A stretch of 64,000 nucleotides of DNA from Lishizhenia tianjinensis (GCA_943330745.2 CALQIX020000002.1:26909-90908), one strand, 5' to 3'. Shown: positions 47,901-54,998, counted from the first letter of the stretch. Notes: generated by a model from the letters alone, not told the origin. Program-made: numbers and translations.

Positions 47901-48228
47901 ATTCAGTAAAACGGCCACCAACTAAAATTTTTCCATCATTTTGAACTGCAATGGCATCAACTGTACCATTAAATCCACTTCCAATATCAAATGAATTATC
48001 CAGAGTTCCATGTGAATTTAACTTTACTAAGCGATTAGCCGTTACACCATTATAAGTTGTAAAATCTCCTCCAATAATTAATTGGTTATTAGGTAATACA
48101 ACAATACCACTTCGCCCTGTTGCCCCGTTTAATCCAGCTCCGTTTATAAAAGATAAATCTTTATAAACATTTTGAGAAAAAATAGAAAATGAAACAAAAA
48201 AATTAAGTATAAACAGAATTACTTTCAT
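44929..48228 (-). CDS. large T9SS-secreted protein: N-terminal delta-60/DUF5122-type beta-propeller repeats, Cys-containing modules, PKD/Ig-like domains, T9SS C-terminal sorting domain
   Basis: Signal peptide. At least 6 repeats of G-[TS]-[LIV]-D-x-[ST]-F...DGKI[LI]VGG. CDSV-containing modules, a PKD-like FGDGT, and C-terminal VYPNPTNSNITFEV...YYLSIENSSAVTKLIKQ. Confidence 0.85.
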   Translation of the reverse strand: MKVILFILNFFVSFSIFSQNVYKDLSFINGAGLNGATGRSGIVVLPNNQLIIGGDFTTYNGVTANRLVKLNSHGTLDNSFDIGSGFNGTVDAIAVQNDGKILVGGRFTEFNGFTRNRLVRLNTNGTIDLTFNIGTGFSENVYQNVFCNIGAICVQNDGKILVGGYFSAYNGAFRNSILRLNPDGSLDTTFNPGTGIMMQINPSAGTVSVGDVYCISVQSDGKIIVSGFINYFNNIAVSDIIRLNSNGTIDNSFSAPINLAWGGVYDFKILTNNKIIVVGALGCCGPYPIAYLLNQNDGTVDNAFASNVQINGDSQSVVALPNGKFIIGGSWMNDNCNDPSYNGCMGGVGLWAIQTGDYPLYMYYNHQNFICINTDGTIDNTFNPGLAFNGPVNSLGLQSDGKIIAGGAFSTFNSNNSNNIIRLKQCAPYSDTVNTAASWCFPYVSPSGVTYGPGSYFEVIDDISGCDSVYLNINVQLPTVPTEIMNVSSCSPYISPTNQSYSETGIYYEALFYNHPIYQDYCDSVILEINLTILNSVSSFSATICNGDTYTWNGQQYTQPGQYSQTLTNQFGCDSVVTLTLNVNTNDNISITPNPAFGNAPLNVAFANQTQNLSNYNFTWYFGDGTSQQSNAPFLSHIYTQNGYADVTVVADNLTTGCSSSQTFNDLIFVIGGVTCTHTATLNQTGPLSGCVGDSLLLSCNTNPSFTYQWNRNGIPVSGATTSSFYPTQSGSYTVTIYQNNCPVTSAGISVTFNPLPSVPTISSSGTITPCSGGSMTLTAPSGFSSYLWNTGSTASSLVVSQSGNYSVSVTNSNGCSQTSNPFAVNASFMAAPQVCIVGVDSLTNENRVVWEKPLTLGIDSFYVYKETNVSNIYTKIGATDYNQLAVFLDVNSNPAVQAYRYKISAKDTCGVETNVGDFHKTIHLTINQGIGGAWNLIWSHYEGLTFGSYNIYRGTDPSNISLLTTIQSNLNSYTDLSPPTGPLYYQIEVVNPVNCDPTKIVNYGVSRSNIVNNGVSGVIEVVNTNILVYPNPTNSNITFEVSLELVGKRYSIRDFSGRTIRDGKITSTQEQIDLQHVARGAYYLSIENSSAVTKLIKQ

Positions 48229-48242
48229 AAAAATATTATTAG

Positions 48243-48785
48243 TTAAAAATTAAACAGCCCTGAAAGATTCCTCGGATTAGTTTTATTGATTAATTGTATT
48301 TGCGGAAAACGTTTCTTGAACAGAAATATCAAATCGTTTTCTAATCGATGTATCGGTTTTTCAGAATTTTGAGAGTTGCTATTTTTTATAAGCACCTCTT
48401 TAGAAACTGCGAATAAAACCACTTTTGACTGTAAAAAAACTTGTTGGTTATTTATAAAATAATCTTTGTTAACCTCTTGATGACCGAGCCCTTTGAGGAC
48501 AGCATTAAATCCGCCCCATCTTCTCCCATCAATATGTTTAGCAATTCGTTCCAGCAAAGTGCAACTACTCGCTTTGCCTACATAATATTTTCCATCTGTA
48601 AAACGAAAGATATACATACCATTTTCGTGAAGTTCATCGTCAAATGTGATTCCTCTTGTGTAGTCTAAAAAATTAAAATCTTTTAAAACTACACTGTAAT
48701 CACTTTCCAAATGATTGATTATACGATCAACCAATGTAATATCTGCAACGTTTTGCCAACTAGGTAAAAAAAGACTTTTCTTCAT
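48243..48785 (-). CDS. GIY-YIG nuclease-superfamily domain protein (~180 aa)
   Basis: GMYIFRFTDGKYYVGKASSCTLLERIAKH gives GIY-x9-YVG-x(n)-R-x3-H spacing, and a later Glu context sits in HRLENDLIFLF. The ATG at 48785 lies downstream of a -7 box, whereas the track start at 48824 lies upstream of it. There is no signal peptide. Confidence 0.65.
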   Translation of the reverse strand: MKKSLFLPSWQNVADITLVDRIINHLESDYSVVLKDFNFLDYTRGITFDDELHENGMYIFRFTDGKYYVGKASSCTLLERIAKHIDGRRWGGFNAVLKGLGHQEVNKDYFINNQQVFLQSKVVLFAVSKEVLIKNSNSQNSEKPIHRLENDLIFLFKKRFPQIQLINKTNPRNLSGLFNF

Positions 48786-48801
48786 TTTCAAAATTTCACT
48801 C

Positions 48802-48809
48802 CAAATATA
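48802..48809 (-). promoter_or_regulatory. candidate -7 box for the GIY-YIG / 1099-aa protein unit
   Basis: Plus strand caaatata equals minus-strand tatatttg, 17 nt upstream of the ATG at 48785. Confidence 0.4.
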
Positions 48810-48828
48810 CCCCCCTCCAACCACTCTT

Positions 48829-48871
48829 CTTGCTTCACTCTTGCTTCACTTTATGCTTCGTTAGTGCTTCG
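48829..48871. promoter_or_regulatory. four helically phased TGCTTC boxes in the divergent intergenic region
   Basis: TGCTTC occurs at 48831, 48842, 48854 and 48865 (spacing 11/12/11 nt). The first two lie in a perfect tandem cttgcttcact x2. The last two lie in ta(g)tgcttcg x2. Confidence 0.45.
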
Positions 48872-48896
48872 ATTGATATATCTTCTATTTTTGTTT

Positions 48897-50003
48897 ATGC
48901 TAAATGCACTCAAAAGTGAATTGGAAAAGAAAGTGGGGTTTGCGCTCGATTCGTTTAAGAACTGTCGGCGCTTAGAAAACCTACTGCAACACAAAGGGCT
49001 CTACATTTCCTACAGCAGTTTGGCGCGCATGTTTTCGGTTGGCAACAAAACCACAGAACCGAGACTTTCCACACTCAACGAATTGAGTGTTTTCTTAGGG
49101 TATCAATCGTATGAGCATTTTAACCAATTCAATGAGAATTCAGCCGAAAAGTTGGAAGCCTATACACGCAAGGTCTTGGAAATGAAATCGGAACTGTTTT
49201 TCGGTAATCGCCTCAAAGGACTGGAACTATTTATTGATATCCGTAAAAAGTTTGGGTCATTATCTGATTTGCTTTCGCAGGAACTTGCCCTGCATCTTTT
49301 TAATAAACAGGATCTACCAAAAAACGAACTGGAACACCTCGTGGCTAAGGGTATTACTGAAGTGAATTTCATGGATTTTTTCATCTACGAAGACGACCCC
49401 TTCGGACATTACGAATGGTTTATTCAACATGCTTCTGGAGCTCAAAAACAAAGTCAAGATTTTCAACACTTCAAGAATCTATTTTCACAGCGAAAAGAAT
49501 TATTGAAAGGCAAGACCACAGTTGAAAAAGCTTTGCCAATCCAAAACATCAATCAATCTGTTCATCTGTATGCTAGAATATTGGAAATCGAAGTCTTGCA
49601 AATGGCTGCAAACCAACCTAAAAACTTGTTGGAGTTTTACCAGGAGCGCCTCGATCAAACTATCAGCTTATTGAAAAATCGCCACGAATACGATAAAATA
49701 ATAGTTCTTGGCAGGCTGTTTCGCGCTGCTTGTCATACAGGAATCGATAAAAAAATACTTCTGGACAATGAAACCAAGCAATTCTGCGTGGAGGTAATCA
49801 ATTCAAATGCCCTAGAACTTGAATTTCAAGCGCCCATTTACGCTGTCCTGAAAAATGATCCGAAATTAAATTTAAGCTTAGCTTTCTTGCACAACAATTA
49901 CTGGAAAAACGCACAATTTGAGTCTGAAATGTTAATAGCCAGAGCATTGGGCCTGAAAAAAGTATATGAAACGTATAAGAAAGGAGTGTTAAAGAAAACC
50001 TAA
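48897..50003 (+). CDS. XRE-like HTH protein with ~300-aa helical C-terminal domain, paralog 1 (3' end frameshifted relative to paralog 2)
   Basis: The N-terminus KVGFALDSFKNC...ISYSSLARMFSVGNKTTEPRLSTLNELSVFLGYQSYEHF follows the XRE HTH pattern and aligns to 52453-53667. The ATG at 48897 is preferred to the GTG at 48864, which lies inside the TGCTTC boxes. Confidence 0.6.
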   Translation: MLNALKSELEKKVGFALDSFKNCRRLENLLQHKGLYISYSSLARMFSVGNKTTEPRLSTLNELSVFLGYQSYEHFNQFNENSAEKLEAYTRKVLEMKSELFFGNRLKGLELFIDIRKKFGSLSDLLSQELALHLFNKQDLPKNELEHLVAKGITEVNFMDFFIYEDDPFGHYEWFIQHASGAQKQSQDFQHFKNLFSQRKELLKGKTTVEKALPIQNINQSVHLYARILEIEVLQMAANQPKNLLEFYQERLDQTISLLKNRHEYDKIIVLGRLFRAACHTGIDKKILLDNETKQFCVEVINSNALELEFQAPIYAVLKNDPKLNLSLAFLHNNYWKNAQFESEMLIARALGLKKVYETYKKGVLKKT

Positions 50004-50053
50004 ATTCATTTGCCCAAAAAACCGGAAATAGTTGGGTGCTGAATGTGTTGAAA
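49995..50053 (+). repeat. right-end patch, copy 1 (near-identical to 53606-53664)
   Basis: 50007-50053 is 46/47 identical to 53618-53664 (catttgcccaaaaaacSggaaatagttgggtgctgaatgtgttgaaa). Here it lies just after the stop codon and out of frame. Confidence 0.85.
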
Positions 50054-50102
50054 ATAAGTTGTTACACACTATTTCTTAATCTAATAACCTTCCGTTTAGC
50101 GT

Positions 50103-50144
50103 AAAAATCCCCCACCGTTTTGAACGCGATGAGGGAATGCAGCG
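50103..50144 (-). repeat. copy D of the 3'-end repeat family; terminator-like hairpin on the minus strand
   Basis: The 37-nt core is identical to copy C. On the minus strand the hairpin is followed by AUUUUUAC. It lies 18 nt past the stop of the 699-aa gene. Confidence 0.65.
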
Positions 50145-50162
50145 CAAATATTTTATGGTTTA

Positions 50163-52262
50163 TTATTTTATTGTTCGGACAGCTCTGAAAGCTGATCTAG
50201 TTACACCCCCCACCCAGAAGAGATTATTAACCCAAATTGGCTGTTTACCAGGACTTACAAATTGTAAACATTCATAATATGTATATGTTTCTTCTCTGTC
50301 TTGTGGGGCTCTACCTAGACCAACAAGAACATTTTCCTTTACAATAGTTTTAGAAAATGTTTCACTAGTAAAATACAAATTGTAGTTTTTTCCATCATGA
50401 AATGTAGATTTATTTGAAACACAAAGAGAATCATAAATTAATTTTAATTCATCTTTAGTGGGCAATCTCCATCCTTCTCCCAATTTAGTACAAGTATAGT
50501 TAAGAGCTTCAAAATTAAACTTATCTTCAACATATACAGGAAAATCAAATTCAGCTACTTCTATGTTACCCAAAATAAATGGTTTGCCAATTATTTCTTC
50601 TGCGAACTTTTCACCAAAATAAGAAGGGTGCGACCGCTTATCGATGACTTTGCCATCCATTCTGTAATATAAGTGCATCAACACATCTTGTACCCATTGC
50701 GAGCCCTTGTAATATCCTTGTTCGTGGTATTCGAAATAATCACCAAAAAAATGATCTTGTGCCTTAGAAAGAGTATCTATATTTCCTTTAGACTTTAGAC
50801 TACCAGATGGATAATACAACTCAAATGTGCCTTGATTCTTATTGTTTTTTATTGAATTCATTTGTTTTTTTCTTCCAAGAGAATCGTATAAATCTCTTTT
50901 TGTCAATGAACCGTAATTGTAAGTTTCAATATTTTTTTTATCTGCATTTCTTCGAGATTTTTCAATTTCAGTTGCATATTCTTCGTTGAGTATTTCTTTT
51001 GGTTCTTTCGTTGTATGATTCCAGTATAAAATTTCATCTTTGTGTTTTTTCCCTTTCAAATATGTTGTTTCTCGCTCCAAATTACCTGATTCATAATACG
51101 CTATTTCAAATCCATTCTTCAAATCATTGAAATAGGTTGTTTCTAGCTTTTTATAACCGTTTTCGTAAAAAAGTGTCTCCTTTTTATTATGTGCCTCATC
51201 ATCTCTTTTTATGGTTTTCCCCGTATTATGATCATAATTTGACTCAAGATTTAAAACATCATAAAAACTCGTAGTTTGAGTCAAAGTACCCAACTCATTA
51301 AATAGAGATAATTTACTTTTTTTATTTTCTAGAAACTCTTCCACTTTAGAAATCTTGCCATTCTCATAAAATATTGAATCAATACTTCTATTTTCATTTG
51401 GTAATTTATATTCTACTCGGTTAATTTTACCGTCCTGGTAGCTTGTTTTTCTATTTTCTGTAACAACACTCGACAGCAAGTTATTTATATAAAATCGCTT
51501 TTCTCCATGTATTTCCTCTAAGAGTTTGTTCTCGTTTTGGTCAAAATGCGTTATCGATAATGGAACATATATTTTTATCATTTTCTTTTTTCCATTTTTA
51601 TGGAACGCTGTATATGGGCCAACTATTCGCTTTGGATCACTTCCACTACCTTGATAATTTTCAATTTCAGCAATAATACCTACATGTACTTGTTTTGATT
51701 TTTCTCGTTCAATGGTTGTTGCAAGAACCTGTAGATTGCCTAATTTTTTTTGTTGAATTTCTTTTTTGTCTTTATGATTCTTTATTAAAGACTGACCTTT
51801 ATCCCATAGTGTTTTTGAATCATCTTTCAAATTTCCGTCATTCGCTTTTGCTTGTATTTTTTCCCATTTTTTTACCCCGCCAGCATCTTCTAATATGAAA
51901 AGTGACAACTGATTATTACTTTCAACTGTATCCTTAGTGGCATGAGAGCATTCCTCATCGAGCAAGGATTTTTCGACCAATAATTTAGTTAATAACAGGG
52001 TGTCCTGAAACTTTTCTGTACTAAAAGCTGAATCCAAATAAAATGTTTTATAAAAACCAAATAAAACACCATTTTTCACTTCAAAAATTGATTTGATTTG
52101 TTGATTATTAAATCGACTGATTACTAAGCCGTTATATGGCTTTTCATTTTTATAATGCCATCCATCATTATCAATTTTTAATTCCTTTTCTTCTGTTATG
52201 AGCTGTGAAGTAGCTGTGAGATGAATAAAAACTAAAACAAGAAAAATAAAAAGTGTTTTCAT
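50163..52262 (-). CDS. secreted protein with MORN-variant (YwqK-like) repeats and C-terminal DUF1566/Lcl-C-like domain
   Basis: Signal peptide. Repeated G-x-x-x-x-[FY]-[YH]-x-N-G-type motifs throughout. The C-terminus CTKLGEGWRLPTKDELKLIY ... AFRAVRTIK matches the DUF1566 pattern. Confidence 0.65.
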   Translation of the reverse strand: MKTLFIFLVLVFIHLTATSQLITEEKELKIDNDGWHYKNEKPYNGLVISRFNNQQIKSIFEVKNGVLFGFYKTFYLDSAFSTEKFQDTLLLTKLLVEKSLLDEECSHATKDTVESNNQLSLFILEDAGGVKKWEKIQAKANDGNLKDDSKTLWDKGQSLIKNHKDKKEIQQKKLGNLQVLATTIEREKSKQVHVGIIAEIENYQGSGSDPKRIVGPYTAFHKNGKKKMIKIYVPLSITHFDQNENKLLEEIHGEKRFYINNLLSSVVTENRKTSYQDGKINRVEYKLPNENRSIDSIFYENGKISKVEEFLENKKSKLSLFNELGTLTQTTSFYDVLNLESNYDHNTGKTIKRDDEAHNKKETLFYENGYKKLETTYFNDLKNGFEIAYYESGNLERETTYLKGKKHKDEILYWNHTTKEPKEILNEEYATEIEKSRRNADKKNIETYNYGSLTKRDLYDSLGRKKQMNSIKNNKNQGTFELYYPSGSLKSKGNIDTLSKAQDHFFGDYFEYHEQGYYKGSQWVQDVLMHLYYRMDGKVIDKRSHPSYFGEKFAEEIIGKPFILGNIEVAEFDFPVYVEDKFNFEALNYTCTKLGEGWRLPTKDELKLIYDSLCVSNKSTFHDGKNYNLYFTSETFSKTIVKENVLVGLGRAPQDREETYTYYECLQFVSPGKQPIWVNNLFWVGGVTRSAFRAVRTIK

Positions 52263-52389
52263 TATAGGATTTGATTTTTAATAACTAATTCATTACTCTG
52301 TTATTTAACAAAAAGTCTATATATTAAGATGTAATTATTTTATTTCAAATCTACTTAGTTATCATAAAATCTTGCTTTGACTTTCATTT

Positions 52390-52406
52390 CAACTTGTTCC
52401 AAGTTG
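52390..52406. promoter_or_regulatory. 17-bp palindrome upstream of HTH paralog 2 (candidate operator)
   Basis: caacttg-ttc-caagttg has perfect 7-bp arms, 47 nt upstream of the ATG at 52453. TTGYTY boxes occur at 52372, 52394 and 52404. Confidence 0.3.
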
Positions 52407-52452
52407 CTCTACGCTGAAAAACTGTTAACTTTAAATACCTTTTTTTGTTTGT

Positions 52453-53667
52453 ATGGGCACAGATGCTGGTCTTGATAAGAATATTCAGAAGTTAAAGAAA
52501 AACCTTGAGTTCAAGTTGGGGTTTGCTGTCTTGACTTACCATGACTGTAAAAAAGCATCCGCGCGGCTGAAACTGGACAAGATTTCACTTTCACCGCTTA
52601 CAATTGGTCGTTTATTTTCTGTTTTCAAAGACACAAAACGCCCCTACAATAGTACCTTAGATTTACTCACTCGTTTTTTGGGCTACGAATCTTTTTCTTC
52701 GTTTTGCATAGACACTTCCGATTTGGTAGGTACTCGCTTGTACAATCCCTCGTTTGAAATCGTAAATGGATCTTTTCAAGCCTTGGAACTAGCCTGCCAG
52801 CAAGCAGATTGGAAAATGGTAAAAACAATCTTGGAAGAAATTAATCCCCACAAAGACGACTATGAATTCCCCATGTTTTTGGGAAATATTGTTAGAAACC
52901 ACCCAGAGCGCAACGATTTTATTAAAGCACTTATGGATGTAGAAGTAGGAAGAGTTTATTTCTTTGAACGCTTCGTAGATGAAGACGATCCAGACGGCTA
53001 TTTTTCGCATGCGCTTACTTCGTTTTGTTCGAATTACCGAAGAGATATTGGCAGTCAAATTTTTAAGGTCTGTTTTCAATTGGCTAAGCAGATTTATCAA
53101 GAAAATAAATTTAACGTATCTGAATGGAGGACCTTTGAACAGATGGGACTGAATTTGAAAGAGTTACACTTTCATCAAATTTCGCGCTGGTTTGAATTAA
53201 AGTTACTCTTTGCTTCACGAGAAATAAATCCTTTACAAAAAACCCAAAAAATTATTGCCGAATTGTTTGAAATTTTACCTCATTACAGCAATGGTGATCA
53301 ATGTTGGATTCTGGCAAGACCATTGAAAGCCCTGGCACACATGGGTTTATTGAATGAAGTACTGAGCGTTTCAGAAATAAAAGAGCGTGTTTTTAACGTG
53401 TTTATTGCTATGGATGGCCGCGTTTCTTCAATTGGAGATTTGATAGTTCAATTTGTTTGCCATGCCTATGTTGATACACAACAAACAGTGAGTAATCCAA
53501 AATCTATTTCTGCATCACATTTCAATGAAACATTTAGCCGAATTGCCATTGAATCTGCCACGTCGTTATTGTATGTTCAGGAACCTACAAGAAACCGTAT
53601 TGAAAAAAACCTCAAACCATTTGCCCAAAAAACGGGAAATAGTTGGGTGCTGAATGTGTTGAAATAA
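52453..53667 (+). CDS. XRE-like HTH protein with helical C-terminal domain, paralog 2
   Basis: KLGFAVLTYHDC...SLSPLTIGRLFSVFKDTKRPYNSTLDLLTRFLGYESFSSF aligns to paralog 1. Shares the EDDPxGxY motif. The intact C-terminal tail is KPFAQKTGNSWVLNVLK. Confidence 0.6.
   Translation: MGTDAGLDKNIQKLKKNLEFKLGFAVLTYHDCKKASARLKLDKISLSPLTIGRLFSVFKDTKRPYNSTLDLLTRFLGYESFSSFCIDTSDLVGTRLYNPSFEIVNGSFQALELACQQADWKMVKTILEEINPHKDDYEFPMFLGNIVRNHPERNDFIKALMDVEVGRVYFFERFVDEDDPDGYFSHALTSFCSNYRRDIGSQIFKVCFQLAKQIYQENKFNVSEWRTFEQMGLNLKELHFHQISRWFELKLLFASREINPLQKTQKIIAELFEILPHYSNGDQCWILARPLKALAHMGLLNEVLSVSEIKERVFNVFIAMDGRVSSIGDLIVQFVCHAYVDTQQTVSNPKSISASHFNETFSRIAIESATSLLYVQEPTRNRIEKNLKPFAQKTGNSWVLNVLK
53606..53664 (+). 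repeat. right-end patch, copy 2 (encodes the last ~16 codons of paralog 2)
   Basis: See 49995-50053. In this copy the patch is in frame and ends at the stop codon. Confidence 0.85.
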
Positions 53668-53681
53668 AAAGGAGTGATCTG

Positions 53682-54998
53682 TTATTTAATGGAATCTGAT
53701 ACTTGTTTTCCATTACTATCACCAGATTTATTTTCTTTTTTGGCTTTTGTATTAGCCGGGTTTTTAGTACTTCCACTATCCGTTATTGCGTGTTTGATGA
53801 TTCGTTGTCGTTGCGTATGGGAAAGTGTATTGGCAGAAAAAACATTGTGGAAGAAGATCACATCGTCTATGCCTTCTGATTTGATGAGGTTCAATAATCC
53901 TTTATTGAAATAACGGTAGTCAACCACATGTACGGTCTCGTAATTGTTTACCAAAAAAGTAGCAAACGGATTCCCAAATGAGTTTTTAATCAACACCACA
54001 CTTCGACCATTTTTGACAGATGTTTTAATTTTCATGTGTGGTATATCACCGCCTAAAAATACGCCATATGAATTTCCTCCAGCTGCATATTCTGCAAATA
54101 TTTTTGTTTCTGTTGTCACCGGTGGAATGAAGTATTCAACGGAATCTTTATTGTTTTTGATGGATTCATCTTTGGTTAAATTATACAGCGTCCCCAAAAA
54201 ATTCTTTTTCACTTTTTTAGTCATTTTTGACAAGGGAGTGGGTTTGAGTCCTGCTGCCTGACAAAAAGCTGTATACGCATAATACGCTCCTAATCCCGTC
54301 CAGTGGTGGTCTGATGCAAAATAGATATATTCATCTTGATGTTGCACCAAGGCTTCTTTGGCGCGCACATTGATTACTCCAGATTCAGAAAAAGAATAGG
54401 CGTCATCGATATTCGCAAATTCTTTATTCCGTAAATAGTCATATTCTTTCACAAAGACAAAGGAGCTACCGGTTGGCACTACACAATTGAAAACGCGCAC
54501 TTCGGAAGGGAGTAATTTGCGGTATTCATTGACCACCTCGGTATAGCTTTTCACCGAAGACTTGTTCCCTCCAAACACCTGAAACGCACGCCCACCAATG
54601 ATTAATAATCCATGTGATGCGGACGACTCAGCATTTACTAAATAGTCAACATCGCGCGCTGCCTTATCTAAATCAATTTTCTTTTCGTCAATTTTTCGCG
54701 CTCCTTCTTTAACAATTAGTCGAGCATTGTTGGCAGCCTTCATTCCTTTTCCTTCATTCATTAAAAAAGCCAATTCAACCAATGAACTTCTAAACGGAAA
54801 ATGATCATCGATATACTTTTGGTATTGATGCATCAACGAGCCATCTAATAATCCAGCAAGGTGTATGCCAGGCCAAGTAGTAAGTTTTCGCTTTTCAGAT
54901 TCAGAAATTTCCTTTTTTTCTGAAAAGACAAACAACACGGATCCACCGATTAATGTACCAGAAAAGGCGATTGCATGTATGATTTTAAGTGCTTTCAT
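53682..54998 (-). CDS. DHHW-family protein (AlgJ/AlgX-like SGNH-fold O-acyltransferase partner)
   Basis: N-terminal membrane anchor and the signature FASDHHWT. 1-nt overlap with the upstream MBOAT gene. Confidence 0.8.
   Translation of the reverse strand: MKALKIIHAIAFSGTLIGGSVLFVFSEKKEISESEKRKLTTWPGIHLAGLLDGSLMHQYQKYIDDHFPFRSSLVELAFLMNEGKGMKAANNARLIVKEGARKIDEKKIDLDKAARDVDYLVNAESSASHGLLIIGGRAFQVFGGNKSSVKSYTEVVNEYRKLLPSEVRVFNCVVPTGSSFVFVKEYDYLRNKEFANIDDAYSFSESGVINVRAKEALVQHQDEYIYFASDHHWTGLGAYYAYTAFCQAAGLKPTPLSKMTKKVKKNFLGTLYNLTKDESIKNNKDSVEYFIPPVTTETKIFAEYAAGGNSYGVFLGGDIPHMKIKTSVKNGRSVVLIKNSFGNPFATFLVNNYETVHVVDYRYFNKGLLNLIKSEGIDDVIFFHNVFSANTLSHTQRQRIIKHAITDSGSTKNPANTKAKKENKSGDSNGKQVSDSIK

Noticed and set aside
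53674-54261. Plus-strand ORFs 53674-53913 and 53944-54261.
   Set aside because: They are antisense to the well-supported DHHW-family gene and have no independent signals.
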